DNA from: Octopus bimaculoides
Taxonomy: Eukaryota
DNA length: 64,000 nucleotides
Direction: 5' to 3'
NCBI RefSeq assembly: GCF_001194135.2
Contig: NC_068994.1
Coordinates: 3,711,048-3,775,047, forward strand
Within the stretch, counting starts at the first letter, position 1, and the number at the start of each line of letters is the position of its first letter. The notes beneath the pieces are model-generated. The model ran no database searches and was not told the DNA's origin. It was given only the letters and a program-made list of their open reading frames with translations. Below are positions 20,817 to 31,356 of the stretch, one piece after another. Both the position numbers and the translations under genes were made by a program.

Positions 20817-23183
20817 TTACAGCTGCCATAAATAGTTGTTCATAGGTGACAGTTCCTCCATGTTGTTCTTGGACGGATTCATGGAATTCTTCAGATGGAT
20901 GCGCTTGTGGCGCTGCAGTGTGTCGCGCCGGGCAAAGTGTTTGGCACAGATGTCACACTGGTAGGCTTTCTCGCCGGTGTGTGTGCGCTTGTGCAGCTGA
21001 AGGTACTGGCGCTGGGCAAACTGTTTGAAGCAGATGTCACAGTGGAATGGTTTCTCGCCAGTGTGCGACCGAGTGTGCATCTGCAGAGAATTCTTACGAG
21101 AGAACTGCTTGAAGCAGATGTCACACTGGAATGGTTTCTCTCCAGTGTGGGATCGCTGGTGCAACTGTAAGTAATGGCGTTGTGCAAACTGCTTGAAGCA
21201 GATGTCACACTGGTACCGGCGCTTTGGGTTGTGTGTGCGTCGGTGAACTGTCAGCTTATCACGTTGTGCAAACTGTTTGAGACACACGTCACATTGGTAG
21301 GGCCGTTCTCCTGTGTGGGTTCTGCGATGTATTTGAAGAGTGGTTTTACGGGCAAATTTCTGAATGCAAAAGTCACACTGGAAAGGCTTCTCTCCAGTGT
21401 GGGTCCTCTTGTGGATCTGGAGATAATGTTTCTGGGTGAACTTCTTGTAGCAGACATCGCAGTGCAACAACTTTTCGCCAGTGTGAATCCGTCGATGGAT
21501 TTGCAGGTAATAGCGTTGAGCGAACTGCTTGAAACAGTAGTCGCACTGGTAACGTTTTTTGTACACAAACATCCCTGTGTTTTCATTGCTTAGGTTCATA
21601 TTGTTGTGATCTTTATTCATGTTATACTGAGCCATGTTGTTGTTGTTGCTGTTGTTGTTGTTGTGGGTGCTGGTGTTGCTGGTGTTGCTGCTGTTGTTGC
21701 TGCTGTTGCTGTTGCTGGCCTTGAGGACATGCTTTGCTCTGCGATGCATCTTCAGCTGTGAACGGTGATAAAATGCTTCCCCGCACAGCTCGCAGTGGTG
21801 CGGTCGTTCCCCTGTGTGTTGGGTGCGACGGTGGATCAAGAGGGTGTCGCGTCGGGCAAACTTCTGAATGCAGAAGTCACACTGGTAAGGCTTCTCTCCA
21901 GTGTGGGACCTCTTGTGGATGCGTAAGTAGTGGCGTTGAGCAAACGGCTTGAAACAGATGTCACATTGATACATCTTTGAGGATCTGTCGCCATGGGGGT
22001 TAGGCATCTGTGGCACCAGGCCAGAATGTGCCGGCATTGCCTCGCCTTTGATTCGGGACCTCATTTTATCTTCAGCACTGCCGCTGTTTTCATGTGAAAA
22101 CGGCATGATAACAACCGTGCCTGGCTCTGACATTTGTTGGTTGTTGTAAGTCTGGACATTACTCATGCTATTGTTTCTCCTGGCAACGTTTGTCACCATT
22201 GGGGTGGGCTGAGTCTGTTTCGGGTGGTATTGTTCCCTCATGCATCCGTCCATGTTGCCTCTACTGTCGTTTATGTCAGGGGAGGTCACAACATTATTCT
22301 GCTGGGGTCGCTCGTGATTACGCTTGTGCCTCTGAAGTGTATCCCTACGTCCGAACTGTTTGCCGCAGATGTCACAACCAAACGGACGTTCCCCCGTGTG
22401 GGTGCGTCGGTGGTTGTGCATCAAATATTCCTGCGTGAAATGTTTCCCACAAAAATCACAGAACAACTGCTTCTCCCTTGCTCGCTCTTGTCGTTGAAAC
22501 GACTGGTTCGATGCAGCATAGGAAGGCTGTACAGTTGCGGGAGACTTTGATGCCTGGATGAATTTTTTCTGGCCAGAATCTCCGCAGCTGTTGGAAGTAG
22601 AAGTGGACGACACAGTGGCTTGAGAGTAGGAGCTTTTCACATTATCTCCGCCACTGCTATCATTGGCCATACTGCTGTTGTTGTTGGTGTTGCTGTTCAC
22701 AACATTGTCGCTACTACAACAACTACAGTTACTGCAACTGCAGTCGTTTCCCGATGTCATCGAGGACACCATCGTGTTCTTTTGTAATGGTGCAACTGCT
22801 ATGGACACCGGTGCAGTATCCTTCTGGTGGTAACCACTATCGGCGCTGAGGTTGCTGCCCTGGTTGCAGTTACCCGAGCCCTCACTGCCGCTGGTCCCAC
22901 CGAAACAACTTCCAGGAGCCGTCATAAGCTGCATTCTTTCGGGCGTTAAAGGAAAGTAGCAGTTTTGTGTGAATGGGTTTCCATAAACGTCGGTAGGGAA
23001 GACATTCTGGCTGATGTGTTGTATTCTCTGGGCATCCAAAGTGTGGTGGCCCATCGAAATCTGCTTGCCCCCTGGGAGGCTGCTACTGTGGCTGATCCTT
23101 TGTGTCTGTGAACTGCCGCTTCTCTGAGCAAACTGCTTGCTATACATGTCCCCGTATATCGACATTCCACTGCCCCTTTCCAT
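20817..23183 (-). CDS. C2H2 zinc-finger protein, 788 aa, 13 fingers in clusters of 2+3+8, single coding exon (ZNF gene 1)
   Basis: Uninterrupted ORF with repeated CxxC...HxxxH motifs and TGEKP/TGERP linkers. Start context gccaacATGG with an in-frame TAA upstream. S/N/Q/M-rich spacers between clusters. Confidence 0.96.
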   Translation of the reverse strand: MERGSGMSIYGDMYSKQFAQRSGSSQTQRISHSSSLPGGKQISMGHHTLDAQRIQHISQNVFPTDVYGNPFTQNCYFPLTPERMQLMTAPGSCFGGTSGSEGSGNCNQGSNLSADSGYHQKDTAPVSIAVAPLQKNTMVSSMTSGNDCSCSNCSCCSSDNVVNSNTNNNSSMANDSSGGDNVKSSYSQATVSSTSTSNSCGDSGQKKFIQASKSPATVQPSYAASNQSFQRQERAREKQLFCDFCGKHFTQEYLMHNHRRTHTGERPFGCDICGKQFGRRDTLQRHKRNHERPQQNNVVTSPDINDSRGNMDGCMREQYHPKQTQPTPMVTNVARRNNSMSNVQTYNNQQMSEPGTVVIMPFSHENSGSAEDKMRSRIKGEAMPAHSGLVPQMPNPHGDRSSKMYQCDICFKPFAQRHYLRIHKRSHTGEKPYQCDFCIQKFARRDTLLIHRRTQHTGERPHHCELCGEAFYHRSQLKMHRRAKHVLKASNSNSSNNSSNTSNTSTHNNNNSNNNNMAQYNMNKDHNNMNLSNENTGMFVYKKRYQCDYCFKQFAQRYYLQIHRRIHTGEKLLHCDVCYKKFTQKHYLQIHKRTHTGEKPFQCDFCIQKFARKTTLQIHRRTHTGERPYQCDVCLKQFAQRDKLTVHRRTHNPKRRYQCDICFKQFAQRHYLQLHQRSHTGEKPFQCDICFKQFSRKNSLQMHTRSHTGEKPFHCDICFKQFAQRQYLQLHKRTHTGEKAYQCDICAKHFARRDTLQRHKRIHLKNSMNPSKNNMEELSPMNNYLWQL

Positions 23184-23340
23184 GTTGGCGTTGTTGTCTA
23201 GCAGAGAATAATGGTGGGGTTACAGAGGGCTATTATTGGTGGCTGGTAGTAGTAACAAGTCTTCTCTGTGTCTGTGTGTTTGCTTCGTCCCCACAAGGGT
23301 AGAGGAGTGGGTTGGTTCACTTGGTTCGGTTATAGGCAAC
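23184..23340 (-). other. Putative 5'UTR part of the ZNF gene 1 coding exon; splice acceptor at 23341-23342
   Basis: Minus-strand tcttcttctcttccag|GTTGCC polypyrimidine acceptor 157 nt upstream of the ATG; no upstream ATG in between. Confidence 0.6.
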
Positions 23341-23661
23341 CTGGAAGAGAAGAAGACATTGTCATTGGTCAATTGCGATGGTGGTGGGGAGGGGAAACAC
23401 TTAGGGACAAAATATAGGGAGACATCTATAGGCAAACTATATTGGGGATTCAGAAACAATGCTACTGATAAAATTGCTGTATAAACAAGGATCTGATTAC
23501 TGTGTCTGTACAATGAAATGAATGGTTTCTATACATATAACGATGATTAGCATGCATCTATCCACCTACTGTGTAATTGTTTACCTTCAGCAATTTTATG
23601 CGTTCCCTATCATCCGATGTGGTTAGTCAGAACCTCGATTACATTAGTGTACTAGTTTTTA

Positions 23662-23900
23662 GATTATACATCATCATTGTCGTCGTTTAACGTCCGCTTT
23701 CCATGCTAGCATGGGTTGGACGGTTTGAATGAGGACTGGCAAACCAGAAAGCTGCACCAGGCTCCAATCTGATCTGGCAGAGTTTCTACAGCTGGATGCC
23801 CTTCCTAACGCCAACCACTCAGAGAGTGTAGTGGGTGCTTCTATGTGCCACCGGCATGAGGGCCAGTCAGGCAGTACTGACAACGGCCACGCTCAAAAAG
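23662..23900 (-). mobile_element. Dispersed repeat family D (RTE-associated non-autonomous element, (GAT)n tail)
   Basis: ggcgttaggaagggcatccagctgtagaaac..ccaacccatgctagcatggaaagcggacgttaaacgacga. Copies at 13785-13995, 29530-29715, 29790-30005, 30905-31080, 48870-49290 and 57378-57540(-). The RTE link is inference. Confidence 0.7.
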
Positions 23901-24564
23901 GTGTTTTTCTTGTCATCCTCTTTGTGAGACGATCCAGTATCCTGAAGCTAGTTCCCACTATTTCTGCCTATGTCATCCTTGGTCTTCCTCTTCTGATACT
24001 TCTGTTATGATTCCTATGCAATACATGTCTGTAACAACACAGTCTCAGCTCATCTGGATCACACTACTCACACATATTAACATTACACATCCAACAGAAC
24101 ATGCTTGCTTCATTTCTCTCCAGCTTCTGCACATCCTCTGCATGCATTGCCCATGTCTCTCTACCAAGGGCAGACTGAGCCATTGGTCAGTTGGGTAGTG
24201 CCCAAGGGCATGAAGCTGCACTCTACTAAAACACACATTCAAAGGGGCCTGGTAAACAGTTATGCCCGAGGGCCCTTAATACTCTCAGTCCACCCCTGCT
24301 CACTACCACACATCATCCACCACACCTTGTATATGAACAACATATTTTCTACCCTTTGCCTTAAGAAACAAACCCTTTGTTGTCCATAGACGTAATAGCT
24401 CCCTAGAATTTTTCCTACCCTAGAGTTGTTCTGGCCATCATGCTTTCACAACACCCTCCTCAAAGCACCATGAGCCCAACACCATATAGTTGGGAAGCAA
24501 CCTTTTGAACTACACACCTCTGAAATCACTAATCAATACTATACACACACACACATATATATAT

Positions 24565-24705
24565 ATAGTTGAAATTTACAGAGAAACAAAAGACGAAGAC
24601 AGGTGTATAAACAACAGGTGTATTAGTTTAACACTTGGGAAGGTGAGAAAATCTTTTACATTTCGAGCCTAAGCTCTTCAGCAGAAAGGAACACAAGGAA
24701 ATAAA
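24565..24705 (-). mobile_element. Penelope-like terminal repeat (dispersed family)
   Basis: Homologous to 33845-33925, 44045-44200, 49700-49815, 52115-52230 and 61820-61918, and carries a hammerhead-like motif. The Penelope assignment is inferred from that motif; no RT or GIY-YIG ORF is present. Confidence 0.55.
24653..24688 (-). ncRNA. Minimal hammerhead-ribozyme-like motif, variant core
   Basis: CUUU-CUGCUGAA-GAGC-UUAG-GCUC-GAAAU-GUA-AAAG. Confidence 0.45.
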
Positions 24706-24708
24706 CTG

Positions 24709-24739
<31 letters not shown>

Positions 24740-25020
24740 CAGATACACACACAGGGAAGTGACCAGTAGGTGCACATAGTAATATGATTAAAATATATAT
24801 ACAAAAGGATTGTGTGTGTATATGAGAGAGATGAACAGTGTATACATCATCATTTCATTTTGTTTTCCTATGTTGGTATAGTTTTTATTTACTTTCCCAC
24901 CAACAACTCCAGTTAAAAAGGTTAATTAGATAGTAATGAACACACACTAACAGCCACAACCAGACCACAAACTAATCAAAGATTGTTCTTCGTCTTTAAC
25001 CTGAGAGAGAGAGAGTAACC

Positions 25021-25523
25021 TCTTTTGGGGCTTTTGTTTGCGAGATGTGACCATCTGGAAACATGATCACACTTGCTTAGCCCTACGTCCAACTCCGATC
25101 CACCAAACCTATGACCAAAATCGCTCCCCGCCTTGACCGTCCCGTTTAATCTCCCAGAGATTGTGTATTATCCATATGGTCCCTCTTTTCTGTTTTTTTT
25201 TTAAAGGTTTGTCTTTAATCAATCACTCAAAGAAAATGACTTTGTTCCGCAGAAGCGTCACCAACAACACGGCATCGACATTGTTGCGAGATATACTAGA
25301 AAAATAAAAACTAAATCTCCCGAAAATAAGATCCAACGACCTTTAAAAAATGAGAAATGAGGGACCATTTGGATAATGCACAATTTCTGGGAGATAAAAC
25401 GAGACGGTCAAGGCGGGAGCGCTTTTGGTCGTAGGTTTGGTGGATCGGAGTTGGCGTAGGGCAAAACAAGTGTGATCATGTTGTTTCCAGGTGGTAACAT
25501 CTTGCAAACAAAGCCCCAAAAGA
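25021..25523. repeat. Long inverted repeat: ~170-bp arms (25021-25191 and 25353-25523), ~160-bp spacer
   Basis: Manual alignment shows about 13 mismatches and 4 small indels. The arms are partly homologous to the dispersed family E. Confidence 0.9.
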
Positions 25524-25834
25524 CAGAGGAGAAAAAAACATTGGGACGACGAAAGGACTGGGGAAACGATGACATCCAGTTTGAGACAAAAGTATTTCTA
25601 ACGGAAATAAATATATATCTAACGGTCAAAAGTAGGCGGAGGAGAAAAAAGTGAGAGGATGGGAAAACTTTTAGAATATTTACAAGATCAGACAAAGCAA
25701 TATAATAGGAGACATTGTAGGATTTTTAAAAATAAATTTAGATAAAAGTAAAATTTAAAAAAAATATAGTTTGTTTTAAGCGATTTTTACGAAACTACGA
25801 CCGAGGAAGATATGACAACAATAGTGTGTGTGCG

Positions 25835-25875
<41 letters not shown>

Positions 25876-26489
25876 NNNNNNNNNNTATATATTACACACA
25901 CACACATATAAATACAAATTATACCATACATATATATACACAATGGTGTGTGTGTGTGTATATATATATATAATATATATATATGTGTATGTGTGTGTGT
26001 GTATAGACGTACATCTGGCTAACACTAGCTAAATAAATTATACGGTTAATTATATATAAATATTTATAAACCTTAACTAAATATATATTTTTAAAACCTT
26101 AATCACTAACATTGTAAAAATATTTAGACTGAATATCATAAATAAAATATGTCTCGTTTATGAAGGAACCTGCGGAAAACTTCTCATCACGACACAAATA
26201 CATTATATATATGTATGTATATGTATATACACGCATACACAAGTATATTTAGTGAGTCTTGTCTGCCGCCCAAACCCCAACTTTGTCTTTCGTCTACAAC
26301 AATCGTGATTTTATAAACCGTTAATGTCAGGCAGACATTGAAAAAAATCAACACCGCTGGATTCATTCACGATGAACAACTGAACGAGTATTCCTTCTTC
26401 TTTGCTTTTATTTGAAGACTAAAAAAAGTTTCTTTTGGGGGGAGATAGAGACATTTGTGTCCTAGATTTTTTTTCTTCTTTTAGTCCTA

Positions 26490-26690
26490 GGCTAGCCCTG
26501 ATCGTGTAGACAGCCCTTATGCTCAAAGACATTCCAGACGTGACTATCTCATCTTTTTTAAGCACTGTGTACCTCGAAGAAAATTATCCAAGGTGTCATT
26601 AAAAAAATGTTTGTTAAGTCGGTAGGGGTGGTTTGGAGGGAGATTTGACCGCTATTTCTCGCAGGTCGATCGACAATATAGAGGCTCCTG
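26490..26690 (+). mobile_element. Dispersed repeat family E
   Basis: ..tatgctcaaagacattccagacgtgactatc..gagggagatttgaccgctatttctcgcaggtcga. Homologues at 19290-19440(-), 27470-27640(-), 28690-28860, 31760-31950(-), 36040-36185 and 59930-60125. Confidence 0.65.
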
Positions 26691-28140
26691 TTCCTTACAT
26701 GAAAATAGGTAAGGAAGAGTCGGTGACATTCATTCCAAACTATAATGTTGGCTGTAGAGATGATGGAAGCAACGGTAGAGAAGGTATCTTTTATGTATTG
26801 TAGAAGCCCGTATGAATAGGAAGCAGTGGTCTTCATGCATCTACCAGGTATAACCTATTCCAATTGGATCGCGGACTGGACTCAGCGAGATGTTGGGACT
26901 TTCATGCATTTATCCAAATACAATGCAATATTAATGTTCGGCACGACACAGGACGCGTCGATGCTTTTAATCCAGGTACGCTAGCAATTGCCATAGGAAG
27001 TGTAATAGCTTGAACTTAGTAATCAAAGAATTAACAAGGGAACCTGCTAGAAACAACAGCCAAATTTCCTCAATGCACACTCTACGGTCGTGGGTAAATG
27101 CAGCAAACGATATACAAAAAGACGAGATGTTCATTGGTGGAGCGCCTTTGATAATAGATTTGCCCGACCAGGGATGATCTGAGGATTGCAGACATGATTC
27201 AGAGAGGAGAAATTACTTGCTTTACCACTCACTGTACGCCGAAGCAAAAGTAATTCACATATTTCTAGAGAAAGATGATGGTTAAATGAGGTTTTGTGGC
27301 CTTCAAGCCTTTCTCCAGGCATTTTAGCAGAAAGGGTGAAGTGAAACAGCATGAATCGAAACCGGATCACAACGAACATGGCCAAGAAGGAACTTCCAGC
27401 CTCGACAATAACACCATCAACACCACCGCCGCCATCTTCAACAATGACACAACCACGACGTGGTCGCTCGAATTGTTAGAAATAGCAGCCAAACAAGCTT
27501 AAATAAAAAAAAAAAGAAAACCCTACCGTCATAAACAAAAGATATATTAGACAGTGTAATTCTTGACATAAAAAGATGGGATGGTCACAGCTGGAAAGGC
27601 TTTGATCATAGGTCTGCTCGATCAGAGTTGATTAAGGTAGGAACTAGACACCACCACCATAATCATCACACACACCACCACCTTCCATTATCCAGAACTC
27701 TTCTGTGATGGAGGGAAATCAATAGAAAGAAACAGTTACACGTACATATATACACACACACACACATATATATACACACACACACACATATATATACACA
27801 CATACATATATATACACACACACACATATATATACACACACACATATATATACATATCCACATATGTATATGAGTATATGTGTGTGTGTATATATATATA
27901 TATTTATATATGTATGTATATATGAAGACCTTACGTATACATAGAAACAGAGACATATACATTAATATAAGAAAGAATCTTTTCAACGAAACGAGACATA
28001 ATTGTTTTTTGTATGTTTTTTAAGAAGGGAGAAACAATTAAGCCTGGCTAAAAAGGGGCAATAAATTACACAACATTTATAGGTGAACCCTAAACTTTAG
28101 TGATTCTTCTATATTTATTAATTATCAATAAAAACCTTAC

Positions 28141-28330
28141 CTTTATTTCTGACGGCCCTTTTTTTTTCTCTCCGGCAAAGCTGAACAGAGAAGACAGACA
28201 TATACAGCAGTAGAAGAAGACACAGACACACACACACCGGCGCTCACTCTCATATTTCCTTCCACAAATAATACCGTTTACTCCCTGGCCGGACCTTTTC
28301 GATTTCGCATCGAAAGTGCATCGATGATGT
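28141..28330 (-). promoter_or_regulatory. Candidate non-coding first exon/promoter of ZNF gene 1
   Basis: Strong donor AAAG|GTAAGG at 28141/28140 in a locally CpG-rich region. The 5' boundary is a guess and there is no transcript evidence. Confidence 0.35.
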
Positions 28331-28869
28331 TCTCTTGCCGATTCTTCGGACCCAGATTGGCTTTGATTGAACAGATTTAAGATCTTTCTTTTGACCGCTC
28401 TTGTAAAAAAAAATTTTTTTACGTAACTTTAAATGCTTGCAACTTCTTTATTGCGAATTTCTATAAGGAAAAATATGAATGCGATTTTCATCAAAATTAC
28501 ATAAAAAAAAAAAGGATTCCAAATGGTTGGAAAAAATTTAACAGGATCTAAGATTTATGATTCCGACCCTTTCCAACCACGAGACGCTCCGTTTATTTGT
28601 CTGAAATATTAGACAATATCTAAGCGACGACAATATCTAACATGTCACTCCTTTTTCTTGTTGAAGCTGTTTACTTCCAGGTTAACTTCAGTCGAATAGG
28701 CATTACGACCAAAAACGTTCCGCCCTCGACCAACCCCTGTCATTTTTTTAAAGACATCGTGTATCTGAAGCTAAATAATCCAATGTATTTTTGAAGGTGT
28801 GATTTAAAGGAAATTTCGTAGTTATTTGTAGCATGTCAAGAGAACACGTAGCCGTTCTTTTCGAGCCAG

Positions 28870-29130
28870 AAGAGTTTAACTGGAAAATATTCCATCAACT
28901 TGGCTCAAATGATGTTGGCATCAACTTGAACATTCACTCAAGACTTGGTCCCCGTGTCATCCATCCTGTACAAAAATCAAGCTTGCATCACATCACAACA
29001 CTAAGACAGAACTATTTCACTTCATTTGGCCCTGCTCTCTTTAACATCATTCTTTCTAAGATACATATGAGAAGAAAAAGATCTCAAGCCATTCAAATGC
29101 TTCTTGGATGAATTCCTCCAACAAAATCCA
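28870..29130 (+). mobile_element. CR1/L2-group LINE ORF2 C-terminal remnant
   Basis: WKIFH...HSRLGPRV..TTLRQNYFTSFGPALFNII followed by frameshifted FKCFLDEFL, resembling GPxLFNxLP..FKxxLDxFL. Confidence 0.65.
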
Positions 29131-29165
29131 AATAAACTACTAAAATATATAATAGAGAAACAATT

Positions 29166-29395
29166 CTTAACCCTTTTGATACCAACCTGGCTGAAACCAG
29201 TTCTGTCTCTGTAGTACAAATGTCTTGTTTTCATAAGTTTTGAATTAAAACCTTCCACCAAACCTTAGTCACAATTTATGTTCCTAACATTAGCTGAATG
29301 ATTACTAAGTTATTTTACTAAATTCTTTGTTGTTTTTAAAGTAATTGGAAGAAACACTGAGCATCTCAAAATAAATACAGTAACGAATGGGTTAT
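29166..29395 (+). mobile_element. piggyBac-like MITE (family P2), near complete
   Basis: TTAA|CCCTTTTGATACC ... GAATGGG|TTAT; homologous to 6832-7030. Confidence 0.75.
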
Positions 29396-31325
29396 AGCTA
29401 GATATATTTCTGTCAAAAATAACTATTTATTTGAAAAGGCTATGGTGCCCAAACTATGACTAATATGAAACATCATTAAATGGCTTTCCAGGTGGTGCTG
29501 TTAAGTTAGTCATGGTCTGGGCCAATTCTGAGTGAAACCTGTACTGGTTCCACGTAGAAAGCACCCAGTACACAATATAAAGTGGGTAGCATTAGGGAGG
29601 GCATCAAGCCATAGAAACTATGCCAAAGCAGACAGTAGAGCTTGGTGCAATCCTCTGCTTAGCCAGTTCCTGTCGAATCATCCAACCCATGCCAGCATGG
29701 AAAACAGATGTTAACTCCCTCTCCTCCTTTTAGTCAAGGAGATTTTTCTCTTTCCTTTTCTTTTTCTTTTTGTCTTGTTCCACAAGACAACTGGCAACGC
29801 CACTAATGCCGATGCCATGTAAAAAAAGCACTTGGTACACACTGTGAAGTGGCTGGTGTTAGGAAGGGTGTGTGGCCATAGAAACCATGCAAGAACGGAC
29901 ATGGGAGTTCAATGCAGATCTGTGGCTGGCTGGATCCTGTCAAACCATCCAATCCATGCCAGCATGCAAAATGGACCTTAGATGATGATGATGATGATGA
30001 TGATGATATGCTCTCGTTCTTTTGCTAACACTCTTTCAATGCCACCTTGCTCTGAATCATCAAAATCCAATACAATACAAAAAAACTGCTGTTGATATAT
30101 TAATCAAAATGGTGAGCCGGGCAGAATTATCAGCAAACCAGACAAATTGCTTGGAAGCATTCTGTCCATCTTTATGTTCTGAGTTCAAATTCCACTGAGA
30201 TTGATTTTTGCCTTTCATCTTTTTGGGGTTCCTAAATCCTAAAACAAGCACCAGTTGAAGACCGGGGAGTAATGTAATTGAGTTAACCTCTGTCCTGAAA
30301 TTGTTGGCCTTGGACCAAAACTTTGAAATCAATTTTATTGATTCCCATCATATTATATCAACCAATATTGTACTGTATTGATCATCATCAATATCATATG
30401 GAATCTCAAAACAAGGATTTGACAACGAATATCACCAGATCAATTGGTTGCACAATAAAAATTGAAAATTAGAGCAATTAAAAGCTGCACCTATCACCCC
30501 ACCACTTCCACCTCTGTCCCTAATACCCACATAAAATTCTCCCTCACCCCTGGGGGCAGTACCACCCACTACATTAGTGACGTTCAATTCTATTTTCCCT
30601 CTTCTTTATGAATTAAATGCATAAAGAGAAGACAACTGTGTTTTGCAGCAATTTTTGTTTCTCTGCAGAAATTTATATTCTTTTACTGGTTTTGGTTATT
30701 GGACAGTGGTCATGCTGGAGCACAACCTTCAAGGGTTTTAATCAGTCATGTCGCACTTCATACTCTCTTCCCCATCCCATCCCACTACATGTCTAAGTCT
30801 GGTACTTATCGTCTTACAATTTACTGAATGCCTTGGCTTTTGTGATAAAGGGATGCAACCCAATCTAATGACACGTGCATACAAGCACACATACACAAAA
30901 AAAAAACCCACCCAGTATACTCTATAGACTGGTTGGTGTTAGGAAGGGCATCTAGCTGTAGAAACCAACTCAAAACGCACTAAGGGACCTGGTATGGTCC
31001 CTGACCTTTCCAGTTCCTATCAAGCCATCCAACCCATACCAGCATGGAAAACCAATGTTAAATGTTCATCATCATGATGACGAATGTCATTCAATCTATA
31101 TTCAATCTATATGTATGTATGTATAAGTATATATTTATATATATTCTTTTATTCTTTTACTTGTTTCAGTCATTTGGCTGCGACCATGCTGGAGCACCAC
31201 CTTTAGTCCAGCAAATCAACCCCAGGACTTATTCTTTGTAAGCCTGGTACTTATTCTACCGGCCTCTTTTCCTGAACTGCTAAGTTACGGGGATGTAAAT
31301 ACACCAATATCCAATGGGCTTCTTT

Positions 31326-31356
<31 letters not shown>

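Noticed and set aside
20846-22550. Antisense and shifted ORFs overlapping ZNF gene 1 (and 38806-40711 for gene 2)
   Set aside because: Expected shadows of repetitive finger codons.
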